From positions 673 through 64,672 of the IMG/VR virus record IMGVR_UViG_3300009619_000001: a DNA stretch of 64,000 nt. One strand, given 5' to 3'. Positions 1 through 9,433 of this stretch are shown piece after piece. This DNA comes from a virus. Lineage: Duplodnaviria > Caudoviricetes. Numbering within the stretch: position 1 is the stretch's first letter; every line of letters starts with the position of its first letter. The position numbers and the translations under genes were made by a program. Below the pieces are notes generated by a model, which saw only the letters and a list, made by a program, of their open reading frames with translations, searched no databases and had not been told where the DNA came from.

Positions 1-1485
1 GGCTTGTTGATATTTAGCGTTTTGATATTTAGACTCTCTAGCTGCATTATATTGCTCATCCATTATCATCATACTATCGTACTTTTGCTGATTTTGTCTT
101 TGCATTTGCGCATCAGCCACAGCAATATCCATTAATGCAGACTGACGAGCTACATCAAGACCTCCAAGTCCAGCTAAAAATTGAGCCCTATTACCAGCAG
201 ATCCACGAACAATATTTTCAATACCAGTAGCGTATGATGAGTCTAAATCGTTATGAGCTTTAGCCAACTCACTAGGAGTTAATCCTTGTTGAGCTAATCT
301 TTTAGACTCTTCAAGTCTTTGTTGAAATGCAGGGCCTAGCTTTGGATCTTTAGGTATGTCAACATCTTTTAATGCTGCACCTAAACCAACAGCTCCAGAT
401 GCCAAACCAATAAGAGAAGATAATCCTCCAACTTTATCTAAAAAAGATTCTTCGTATAAAACATCCTCACTTTCTGCATCAATAGCATCAACTGCAGCTT
501 GAGACTTACCCCTTGTATCAATAACGCTAGGAGTGCTAGTTTCAACCTTATCTTTAAAGTGTTTAAGGACTTCTTTATTCTTATTTTTTGAGTCTAAAGA
601 AATAGTTCTTTCTGGAACAAATTCTTCATCTTCAATATCATCTACTTCAACATTTTCTAATGGATCCTTTACGTTAAAATCTTTTCTATAGTCAACATAA
701 TAATCAGAATAATCAGGCTTCTCTTCTTTTTCTATTTTATTTTTTCCTTTATCATGCCTTTGATTGCTTTCAGCTAGTTTTTCCTCTATTATATTTTCAC
801 TTTTTGCCTCTATATAATTAGCTTCTCTACCAAGGGTGGTAGCGTTAGAATCACTATCTGCCCCAATAAGTTTAGCTCCTTCAGCCAAAGAAATTTGACT
901 ATACCTAAGAGACTCATTTACTAATCTATCTGGCACTAATTCATCTGGATTGTCTTTAACCCATTTATCTATAGATTTAAAAACAGTTGATACTGCATGA
1001 CTTTTTCTTTTTAAAGCTCCAGGAGTTTTAAAACCTTCTTTTTGTTCTTTTCCAAATCCACCACTAAAATTGTATAAAGTAGTTAAACTAGCGTAAACAT
1101 CATCACTAACTTTTCCTTGATATTTTTCTAAAGCTTTATCGGCTTTAATAAATATATTTTGAGCAAGCTTATTTTTAATACCTTTATCTATAGAAACTTT
1201 TAACGCTTCTGATTTAGGATTTTTACCTTCAATTTCAAAATCTGTATATAGTTTACCTAAGTAACCTTTTTCATCCCACATTTCTGCGGTTTTTCTATCT
1301 ATACCATATTTAACTAAAGTTTCGACTGTTTGAAACCCTAAGTCTATACCATAACCAATAGTTATACCAGAACCTTTAGTAGGTATGTAACCTACATTTT
1401 TAAAGCCTTCCATGTCGTCAAGATGTTTTATTCTCTTACTAAAAAGCTTACCTCCGTATGATTCTAAAAATTCTTTAGTCGTCAT
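1..1485 (-). CDS. Ejected cargo protein with N-terminal pesticin-like muramidase domain (partial, runs off left edge)
   Basis: Not in the ORF track. ATG at 1485 overlaps the stop of the upstream gene. Manually translated segments are open: MTTKEFLESYGG...MEGFKNVGYIPTKGSGITIGYGIDLG (pesticin-lysozyme-like motif) and a C-terminal part resembling crAss cargo proteins (AQQGLTPSELAKAHNDLDSSYATGIENIVRGSAGNRAQFLAG). Confidence 0.75.
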   Translation of the reverse strand, partial: MTTKEFLESYGGKLFSKRIKHLDDMEGFKNVGYIPTKGSGITIGYGIDLGFQTVETLVKYGIDRKTAEMWDEKGYLGKLYTDFEIEGKNPKSEALKVSIDKGIKNKLAQNIFIKADKALEKYQGKVSDDVYASLTTLYNFSGGFGKEQKEGFKTPGALKRKSHAVSTVFKSIDKWVKDNPDELVPDRLVNESLRYSQISLAEGAKLIGADSDSNATTLGREANYIEAKSENIIEEKLAESNQRHDKGKNKIEKEEKPDYSDYYVDYRKDFNVKDPLENVEVDDIEDEEFVPERTISLDSKNKNKEVLKHFKDKVETSTPSVIDTRGKSQAAVDAIDAESEDVLYEESFLDKVGGLSSLIGLASGAVGLGAALKDVDIPKDPKLGPAFQQRLEESKRLAQQGLTPSELAKAHNDLDSSYATGIENIVRGSAGNRAQFLAGLGGLDVARQSALMDIAVADAQMQRQNQQKYDSMMIMDEQYNAARESKYQNAKYQQA

Positions 1486-2141
1486 TATGCGTATGTGTTT
1501 TGTTCTATAAAATTATCTATGTCTTGAGCACCATACATTCCTTGCGGTTGTTGTTGCATTTTTGCAAAGTGCTTCTCTACTTTAGCTTGTCTTGCTAAAC
1601 TATCAGTAGCTTGAGTAGCTTCTCTATTTTGTTCTTCTTCTAGTCGCTCTTGCTCTTTCTTGTATTTCTTCTTTTTAAACAAACCTACAACTCCACCTAC
1701 AACAGCTCCAACACCAGCACCTATAGGCCCTAAAGTAGCTCCCATAGAAGCATACTTTAACGCTTCTTTACCTACATCCATATTGTCGTAAGCAGGATCG
1801 TCATCAAACTCATCTAGCAAAGCACTACCTACACCAAGCCCAACACCAAGCCCAACCCCTGGAGCTGGAGATGATTTTCCAGCAAGCTTTTTAGCCGCAG
1901 CACGATCAACACGATCTCCTCCTGTAATTTTTCCTGTTTTAGCATTAGATACTAAAGGATTGTCCATTTGATAAGGATTACCACCTTGAGGAGATAAACT
2001 TTGCACAGAGCTGCTTGATTCTAACTCAACGCTAGCACTAGGTCTAGGCTTCTTTTTTTTACCCATATTTAAAATATCTCCACTAGGAGTTCTATAAAAC
2101 TCTCTACCAAACACATTAAAAGATTTACTTGTTCCAGGCAT
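1485..2141 (-). CDS. Cargo/ejection protein with glycine-zipper hydrophobic segments
   Basis: GVGLGVGLGVG and GATLGPIGAGVGAVVGGVVGLF segments followed by a charged coiled coil; lies directly after the muzzle gene, as in crAss-like phages. Confidence 0.65.
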   Translation of the reverse strand: MPGTSKSFNVFGREFYRTPSGDILNMGKKKKPRPSASVELESSSSVQSLSPQGGNPYQMDNPLVSNAKTGKITGGDRVDRAAAKKLAGKSSPAPGVGLGVGLGVGSALLDEFDDDPAYDNMDVGKEALKYASMGATLGPIGAGVGAVVGGVVGLFKKKKYKKEQERLEEEQNREATQATDSLARQAKVEKHFAKMQQQPQGMYGAQDIDNFIEQNTYA

Positions 2142-2142
2142 A

Positions 2143-5100
2143 TTATCTTGATTTTCTTATTCTTGTATTTACTGCAAATATATTAATTCTTGCGATAGCG
2201 CCACCTACAGTATGTTGCTCTATTGTTTGTTTCATCCAATTACCTCTAATTCTAGGATTATTACCACTCCTTAAAGCTAGCTTGTGAACTCCATCTTTTA
2301 TTTTAGATTCAGTAATAGTTTGTTCATCACTTGCCGAACTTTGAACTATATGATCAGTAAATGGATCAGCTTTATCTGATATTATTTCAGAAGAATCAAA
2401 AACTTTTACCTCTGAAGGATTGTCGTTTACAACAAAAGAAACTTTATAGTCTTTCCATAAATTGTAATTATATTTAATAACGCCATTTTGATGAGTCGAA
2501 TAAATACTTCCATTGTGTGAAAAATATTGTATTGGATAAAAATCATATCCACTTCCATAGGTATATTCAACATTTGATATAAGCTTTCCGTCTAAATCAG
2601 AAATTAAAAAATTATAATAATACCCATTAGTTTTTATTGAAAAATGACATTCTTTAAATTCTGGATCGTAACCTAAAGAAATACCATATAAATTGTTGAC
2701 AGGGTAATTGTAAAAATTTTTAACAAAATACTTATAATTATTTTGAGAAGAAATAGGCACTAGTGAATTTCCATCATACTTAATTATTTCTGAATTTTTA
2801 TGATCATAAAAATAAAAACCAGTAGGAGTAATTAAAGATTGATTAAAATATTGTGATCCGTAAACGTCTGTAATATAATCAAACCTTTCTATTGCTGTAC
2901 CTGTACCAGAAACAATTTGTATATCAGCAGCAGCTCCTTCACCAGTAATTAAACTTCTAGAATTTATTGAAAGCAAAGAAACTCCAGATTCTTGAACACA
3001 ATAAAGATTGTTTTTAAAATTTACAAGATCTGTAATTTTACCTTTAGACAAATCTAAGTCTATAAAATCATTTGCTGGAAAAATAGTCCAAGCATCATTC
3101 CTTTCTCCTAACACTTTAGTTTTAGAAGCAACAACCTTACCTTCAAATGTGTCGTTGTAAACAAACCCATAAGGTTTTGTAACAGAAGATACAAGATTAT
3201 TTTCTTGAGAATATGCTGTATTGTAAAAATAATTGTCTTCAGCTAGTAAATCTACTAATTCTGTGGACCCTAAAAACTCACCATGTCTTAAAGATAAATT
3301 GTAATCAGACTCTACTGGTATAGCAGCTCCTTGAGCTCTTTTACCAGAATTATCAGTATTATCGTTTGAAGGGCTATTTCCACCAACTAAAATCCAATTC
3401 CATTTATAAGCATACCAACCACAATAAGTATCTCCTTTAGTTATGTAAGAAGATGTTCTTTGACTAGTAACAGAAACAAAATCAGAACAATCATAAAAAG
3501 GTGTTTTACTTATTGCTTCAGGTTCATGCCCACCATACTGCTCAAAACCGTTAGACGTATCTCTAAATATTTCAACCATATATTTATAAGAATGTCTTCT
3601 TACAGATGTAGTACCTCTTTGAGGTCGCTGAGAAATTCCTCCAAACTCATCTATAGCGTATTGCGCACTATCATCAGCAGGGCCGCTTGTTCCAAATAGA
3701 GAACTATATTCACTTCTTCCAGCAGATATTTCTGCAGCGCTAGAGCTGTGAGATCCTCCGTATTTAATAGTTAAACTAGAAAGTAAAGGAAGGTGGTTGC
3801 TGTTACCTGTAAGTCCGTAAGAAAAAAGTATAGTTGCATTTGCTCCGTCTGTATATGATGCTCGAGAAAGATTACCTATTTCAAAAACATTTGCACCTCC
3901 AGTACCATCATCCCATTGAGCTTGCTGCCCTGAATCAGCTGAACTTTCGTGATTATCATACCCTGGAGTGTAGTTTACAAAACTTTGCTCTGTATTTCCT
4001 TGATGTTCACTTGCGGTTATAATCTCTCCAGAAACTATGGTTCTACAAAGTGAAAAATCAAAAGAATTAAAATAAATCCAAGAATCCCAATTCCCACCAG
4101 TCTGATACTGAATTGTTTTATGTACAAAATTGCTATTGCTATTTACATGCTCAGGGAAAATTCTATGCTTAATAAAATGCATACCGTAACTATTTGAAAG
4201 CGTAGTATGATTTAAAGGGTATCCGTTTAATTGATGCTTATGTCCTATACCGTAATTACTATGACCGCTAGTTAAAGTGTGTGGTCTATTCATTTCAACA
4301 ATGTATAGATACTTCATTTTAAATCCTTCAGAATTAAAATCAAAAGTCTTATTACCAATAGTTGTATCTGGAGACTCTATTGTATATAAACCTGAAGTAG
4401 TTCGATTAATGTAATCTGGCCATCCCCATTGGTCTGCATTAACCGAATAATATGGAAAAGAATTTCTTGTAGTATAACCACCACCTTGACGCAAATAAGA
4501 GTTTTCGTTGTGTGGATGAGGATTATGTCTTTCCGTTAACTCCATCAAGCCTTGAGTCATTATAACTTTATCGTTCTCCTGAACTTCTGCCCTAACTATT
4601 TTATAACCAGAAATTGCATCTCTAACATTTTGAGGTAATCTAACTTCAATTCTAGGAATTAAAGCGTGTGCAACAACTTCATTGTCATTTCCACTAAACG
4701 GAGACCATCTTGAATTTTGGGTGTTAAAATTTTTATTTTGAAAATTATCTCCAGCAGAATTTAATATTTTCCCATTAGGATCTAAAGCGTCTGGCATTTT
4801 AATGTCACCTAAATGATGAACAAACCCTGGATTACCATTCTTATCATAAAAAACTATACCAAATCTATAGCATCTATTTCTTTTAAAACTTCTATATGCA
4901 GCATCCCATTTAGGATTTTGAGGACCAGGAAATCCATCCCAATCATTATCTTTTCTAGTGTCGTCTACTTTAAATATTTCATTAGCTTGATAGCCTCCAG
5001 AAAAAATATCCATTCCACTTCTATCGCTATCTTGAGTTCCATCAGGTAGTAAATGAAATTGATCATCTATATAATAATCTTTCTGCGTAAAAGTTATTCT

Positions 5101-6399
5101 AAACCCATCATTACCGCTATCAGAGTAGCCACTTGTTTCAGCTCCTAATATGAATACAGGATCACTACCATCAGTAAATTGTTTCTTTATAAACTTATAA
5201 TTAGCTCTATCATAAGCCTCTACAGGATGCCAACTAGAATTAGAAGCATCTCCACCAACCTTAAACCTGTGAGGGTTTGCGTCACCAGAATGAGTTTCAA
5301 AACTCCAATTGCCACCACTCTCTACAGCCTTGTAAGATTTTAGTTTACCAAAACCAGAAATAATGCTATCAACATCTACACTTGTAGTTTTTAAATTAGC
5401 AGCATAAAGTTTGTTATCTTTTTTAGCTAAAATTTTACAAACATCCCAAGTGTCGTTATTTATAATTGCTGCAGCTAAACCTCCAGTAACAAGAGTTTCA
5501 ACTTCAAATCCACTATGAACAAATTTATAATTAGAATTTATAATAGGACCTTCTTCTACTATACTAATTGTTGAAACATTTTCAGCAGAATAATATATAG
5601 CAGCAACCTGTATAAAATTATAATTTGTATTTATATTTGTTATTTCTAATTCAAGAAATGAAGTTGAATTATCAGAACTGTAATCTCCAGACATGTTTGA
5701 TGGCTTAGTACTACTAGGATTACCATTTGCAACATTAGCTGGATTTGAAATGCTAGACCAATCAGTATAATTACCTTTAGCATCTGAAGACAATCTATAT
5801 ATGTAACTGTAAGATCCATACTTTAAATTACCACCAGTATTACTATACTTAGTAACTTTAGGATTTGTTAATAACGTAGGTTTAAAAGCTAAAAAACTAT
5901 CTACAGATTTACCTATTTGACTTTCACCTATATTTATAGATTTTAAAGGAGTTAGACCATCAGTACAATATATTCTTTTTATATCTCCTGTTTCTACAAT
6001 ACTTTCTATTTCTATTTTTTCAGCGTTAGACGAAAATAAATCAAATCCAGCCCATATTACAGTCTTGACAGAGCTTACAGTAGATAAGTTACTTTCTATT
6101 ATACTGTTGCTGACTACGAACCAGGTATTAGAGTCATACTCAGATGATGATGTATGTGACCTTTGTATTGTAATAAGCCTGTTGTCTACAACAATAGCCC
6201 CATAAATATTACTATTAGAAATAACAACATTATTCATAGAGCCAATATCTTTTATATTTTCTAGACTATAAGACTTATCGCCACTAGAAACTACTCTAAT
6301 ATTTAATCCATCAAAATAAGAATCTTTGGGTTGAAATGCAGGATCAAAGTCCGTTATCATCCCTCCTGTAAAAGTATTTGGTGTAGATTTTTCTGCCAT
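2143..6399 (-). CDS. Tail muzzle/stabilization protein (crAss-like, P22 gp10-related)
   Basis: 1418 aa; N-terminal NTFTGGMITDFDP...YFDGLNIRV and later YRFGIVFYDKNG motifs typical of this family; synteny with ring proteins. Confidence 0.85.
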   Translation of the reverse strand: MAEKSTPNTFTGGMITDFDPAFQPKDSYFDGLNIRVVSSGDKSYSLENIKDIGSMNNVVISNSNIYGAIVVDNRLITIQRSHTSSSEYDSNTWFVVSNSIIESNLSTVSSVKTVIWAGFDLFSSNAEKIEIESIVETGDIKRIYCTDGLTPLKSINIGESQIGKSVDSFLAFKPTLLTNPKVTKYSNTGGNLKYGSYSYIYRLSSDAKGNYTDWSSISNPANVANGNPSSTKPSNMSGDYSSDNSTSFLELEITNINTNYNFIQVAAIYYSAENVSTISIVEEGPIINSNYKFVHSGFEVETLVTGGLAAAIINNDTWDVCKILAKKDNKLYAANLKTTSVDVDSIISGFGKLKSYKAVESGGNWSFETHSGDANPHRFKVGGDASNSSWHPVEAYDRANYKFIKKQFTDGSDPVFILGAETSGYSDSGNDGFRITFTQKDYYIDDQFHLLPDGTQDSDRSGMDIFSGGYQANEIFKVDDTRKDNDWDGFPGPQNPKWDAAYRSFKRNRCYRFGIVFYDKNGNPGFVHHLGDIKMPDALDPNGKILNSAGDNFQNKNFNTQNSRWSPFSGNDNEVVAHALIPRIEVRLPQNVRDAISGYKIVRAEVQENDKVIMTQGLMELTERHNPHPHNENSYLRQGGGYTTRNSFPYYSVNADQWGWPDYINRTTSGLYTIESPDTTIGNKTFDFNSEGFKMKYLYIVEMNRPHTLTSGHSNYGIGHKHQLNGYPLNHTTLSNSYGMHFIKHRIFPEHVNSNSNFVHKTIQYQTGGNWDSWIYFNSFDFSLCRTIVSGEIITASEHQGNTEQSFVNYTPGYDNHESSADSGQQAQWDDGTGGANVFEIGNLSRASYTDGANATILFSYGLTGNSNHLPLLSSLTIKYGGSHSSSAAEISAGRSEYSSLFGTSGPADDSAQYAIDEFGGISQRPQRGTTSVRRHSYKYMVEIFRDTSNGFEQYGGHEPEAISKTPFYDCSDFVSVTSQRTSSYITKGDTYCGWYAYKWNWILVGGNSPSNDNTDNSGKRAQGAAIPVESDYNLSLRHGEFLGSTELVDLLAEDNYFYNTAYSQENNLVSSVTKPYGFVYNDTFEGKVVASKTKVLGERNDAWTIFPANDFIDLDLSKGKITDLVNFKNNLYCVQESGVSLLSINSRSLITGEGAAADIQIVSGTGTAIERFDYITDVYGSQYFNQSLITPTGFYFYDHKNSEIIKYDGNSLVPISSQNNYKYFVKNFYNYPVNNLYGISLGYDPEFKECHFSIKTNGYYYNFLISDLDGKLISNVEYTYGSGYDFYPIQYFSHNGSIYSTHQNGVIKYNYNLWKDYKVSFVVNDNPSEVKVFDSSEIISDKADPFTDHIVQSSASDEQTITESKIKDGVHKLALRSGNNPRIRGNWMKQTIEQHTVGGAIARINIFAVNTRIRKSR

Positions 6400-6401
6400 A
6401 A

Positions 6402-7007
6402 CTACTCTCTTTCAGGTATAAATGTATTCCAATAACTAGCAATATTTTTCATCTCAGCTTCTGAAGGAAGATTATCAGCACCTCTTGCTTGAGCGCATAA
6501 CCAATACCACCTTTCCTCTAAATCTTTTACAATATATCTAGCTATTTTACCTTCATAATATTCTATAGATTTATACCTCCACATTATGTATTGAGCTACT
6601 GCATCTTCATGACCTTGCTTTATAGTGGGAAATCCTTCACCATCAACATCTAATCCTTTGTACGCTATCTTAGCAGTACCATTTGATATATTAGAAAAAT
6701 GAATATAACTACCTACAATCCAATATTTATCTCCGTTAGCGTCTGATTTAAAAGTCTTTTGAGTAGGCTGTAAAAAATTATCATTAGCCCCTTTAACATC
6801 AATAAGTTTTATTAAATCGCTTGGCAATAAAGACTTGTTAGCGCTAACAGAAAGCAAAGCTTCTTTATCTGTAAAAGTAGTAAAACTACCTATCTTTTGT
6901 TCAGCCTCAAAAGCCCACTCTACAAAAGCCTCTAGATGCTCTGAAGGATTGCTTAACCCTAGATTTCTTGCAACATTACTTATTATTCTTCTAACACTAA
7001 CTTGCAT
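6402..7007 (-). CDS. Tail ring (tubular) protein
   Basis: 201 aa between the IHF-like gene and the muzzle, the crAss ring-protein position; EWAFEAEQKIG and YIMWRYK segments. Confidence 0.65.
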   Translation of the reverse strand: MQVSVRRIISNVARNLGLSNPSEHLEAFVEWAFEAEQKIGSFTTFTDKEALLSVSANKSLLPSDLIKLIDVKGANDNFLQPTQKTFKSDANGDKYWIVGSYIHFSNISNGTAKIAYKGLDVDGEGFPTIKQGHEDAVAQYIMWRYKSIEYYEGKIARYIVKDLEERWYWLCAQARGADNLPSEAEMKNIASYWNTFIPERE

Positions 7008-7413
7008 TATATATATTTTTTATTAATTCTCTAACTTTTTTAGCTGGATAAAATTTACACTTATATAAATCTTTTTTAAATTTAGTCCACTTTATTTTAT
7101 AATAATAATCATCTAGTATAGGTACTTTGTACCTTACAGGAAATCCTTTAGACTTAGACTCTTTAACGTCTTTTCTAATATGAAAAGCTCTTCTATGTTC
7201 TTTCTGCTCTAAAGACAAAGATCCTAAACCCAAAGGTAATAAAATCTTTTGTTTTCTAACTATTAAATCCCTAGCCACTATCTCAAAGAATTTAGTAACT
7301 ATTTTAAAAAACAAAGAGTAAGGTATAGATTTAGTCTTTTTCCTGCCAGACGCTTCTACTCTTACTCTTTTAGATATTGCTTTGTAAATATCTTTGTATG
7401 TCGTGTAAGACAT
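6997..7413 (-). CDS. IHF/HU-like basic DNA-binding protein of the crAss structural module
   Basis: Highly basic; KILLPLGLGSLSL beta-arm motif; YKCKFYPAK; conserved position in the crAss tail block. Confidence 0.6.
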   Translation of the reverse strand: MSYTTYKDIYKAISKRVRVEASGRKKTKSIPYSLFFKIVTKFFEIVARDLIVRKQKILLPLGLGSLSLEQKEHRRAFHIRKDVKESKSKGFPVRYKVPILDDYYYKIKWTKFKKDLYKCKFYPAKKVRELIKNIYNAS

Positions 7414-8036
7414 TATTTACTAGATGATTGAACCTCTCTATCTCCTTCTACTTCATTATTAATTATATCACCAGGAGTTTTTAAGGTAATGTTTAACTCT
7501 AGTTGTGCTACCGCTTGTATTAGCGGTGTTATTAATTGAGCTGGCATAGGATATTCAGAATCATCACCAGCCCAATTTGCGGCATCTGTGGGATCCTCTA
7601 GAACCGCTATTATTTTTACGCTTTCACCACCAGCTGAACCCTGAAAGTAAAGTTTGTTTCCGTCTTCTATAAAAAATTTTGGAATACCAGAAGTAAACCT
7701 ACTTTGCTCTTGATAAGCTACTTTATCTTGAGTAGTTCTCGCAAACAAAACATTGCCATCAACAGAAGTTATACTTGATATACCTCTAGTCTCACCAAAA
7801 GAAGCTACTCTAGGTATGGATAAAAATTGACCTTCTTCTGGAACGGAAAATACACCTAAATTTTGCGTAGATCCTGAAGGGGCTTTTTTACCGTTTGTAG
7901 TGTATGACTCTAAAATATTTAATCTATGATAATGTACCCACTCTTTAATTTGTCGGATACTTAACTTATTGTCGTCAGTAGTATAACCACCTTCGGCTAA
8001 GTTTTTAATATTGTAAGCAATTTCATTTAAAGTCAT
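7413..8036 (-). CDS. Tail ring protein
   Basis: MTLNEIAYNI...DDNKLSIRQIKEWV start and YPMPAQLI C-terminal motif resemble crAss ring proteins; synteny. Confidence 0.7.
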   Translation of the reverse strand: MTLNEIAYNIKNLAEGGYTTDDNKLSIRQIKEWVHYHRLNILESYTTNGKKAPSGSTQNLGVFSVPEEGQFLSIPRVASFGETRGISSITSVDGNVLFARTTQDKVAYQEQSRFTSGIPKFFIEDGNKLYFQGSAGGESVKIIAVLEDPTDAANWAGDDSEYPMPAQLITPLIQAVAQLELNITLKTPGDIINNEVEGDREVQSSSK

Positions 8037-8056
8037 ATCATCTTATTTAAAAGAAT

Positions 8057-8081
8057 GGGGGTAGACGCAAATCTACCACCC
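8057..8081 (-). terminator. Weak intrinsic terminator or processing hairpin
   Basis: On the minus strand GGTAGA-TTTGCG-TCTACC followed by CCCATTCTTTT, in the intergenic gap between ring genes. Confidence 0.4.
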
Positions 8082-8108
8082 AAACTAACGCAGGAAAAAA
8101 GAGAGTCA

Positions 8109-8705
8109 TCAACGCTTTTCAGCGCTCAACTCATTAACTTGAAGTTGATACCGTGGATCTTCCAACGATAACATCATCTTCCTAACTGCAATATTTACTA
8201 TTTCCTCCGAAGAGTTTAAATTATAACCACCAACCGAAGACTCTGCACTTAACGAATCTTCATCGTTTAATGAAGGGTTTTTAACGTAAACAAAATCTAC
8301 ATTTTCAGTTGAACCAAGAACTTCTAAACTAGATCCCTTTAAAAGACCTATAGGATTAGTAGCTGTAGCTGAATGAAATGGATCATGTTTAGCTGCATTA
8401 TACTGATTAACACCCATAACATCAATTAAACTTTTTGACGTAGCAGTATTAGCACTAAGTAAGTGATAAAAATCAGTAGGTAAAGCAACAGATCCAGAAC
8501 TATTAGTTTGATTGTTAGAATTAGCAACAAGAGGCGCTATTTTTTCCATAGACTGAGCATCGGATTCTAAAGTGTTTATTAATCCTTTAGTGTATTCCAT
8601 TACAGCTAAGTCAAGAAAATTATTCTTTTCTGTATCCGTAAAGTATGCTGTTCCTGCTTTGTCTAACAGATTATCTATGTGAGTATACGCTTCTGTGTAC
8701 GTCAT
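8109..8705 (-). CDS. Tail ring/head-tail adaptor protein (P22 gp4-like position)
   Basis: LLDKAGTAYFTDTEKNNFLDLA and EEIVNIAVRKM motifs resemble crAss ring proteins; downstream of the capsid block. Confidence 0.7.
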   Translation of the reverse strand: MTYTEAYTHIDNLLDKAGTAYFTDTEKNNFLDLAVMEYTKGLINTLESDAQSMEKIAPLVANSNNQTNSSGSVALPTDFYHLLSANTATSKSLIDVMGVNQYNAAKHDPFHSATATNPIGLLKGSSLEVLGSTENVDFVYVKNPSLNDEDSLSAESSVGGYNLNSSEEIVNIAVRKMMLSLEDPRYQLQVNELSAEKR

Positions 8706-9362
8706 TATTTCTTAATTTTCTTTTTAGTTGAAGACAGCTCCTTTTTTAATAAAGCGTGAATGTCTTTGTTGTCCTTTAACCACAATACAACCTGATCCTC
8801 AGTTAAACCTATAGTTTCAGTATTGTACTTATAAGTTCCATTTACAAAGTTAATCTTTTTTGCGTCAATAGCATGCTCAATAAAAACTCTATAATCCTTA
8901 TCTCTATCATTAATTATTTTAGAGAATCTATTAGGATCATCATTAGCCAACTTAATAACTTGAGCCTTAACAAACTCAATAGAATTATCTAGTTCTAATA
9001 CCTGTTAATTTGCAGAAATCTAATATTTCTTTATCTGTCATTGCAACAGCAATTTGAATTGCTTCTGCTGATTCAACCATTGCTTCTGTAGAAATCATTT
9101 CTTGCTCTATGGTATCTTCAAAAATTAAATGATGACTAATACCAGGATAATCCTTTAACCAATCGTGAACATGTTTGTCATGCTCATCATTTAAATCAAA
9201 AACAGTGGCAGTGCTTCTCATAACAAAATCATATGACTCACCGTTTATATCTTTTAAGTCTCTTCTTCTACCTCGATCTTTTGGATCTTTATAGCTTGAA
9301 CCTAAACCTAAATAAACAAATCTTTTGGGCTTTTTAACCCTTACAATAACTGGATGTTTCAT
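8705..9362 (-). CDS. Conserved protein downstream of MCP, split by a +1 frameshift near 8993 (about 218 aa if joined)
   Basis: ORF 8985..9362 ends ...KLTGIRTR*; the +1 frame reads LDNSIEFVKAQVIKLANDDPNRF and continues into ORF 8705..8950. Removing one A of AGA-A-CTA joins them. Confidence 0.65.
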
Positions 9363-9433
9363 TTTTCTCTTTTTTTAATTGTTGTTTGCGTTCTAATGGG
9401 GAGGATTACTCCTCCCACATATAGTATATAATC

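Noticed and set aside
9399-9416. Hairpin after the MCP gene as an intrinsic terminator
   Set aside because: GGGAGGA-GTAA-TCCTCCC is a good stem but lacks a following U-tract on the coding strand; more likely an mRNA-stabilising or pausing hairpin.
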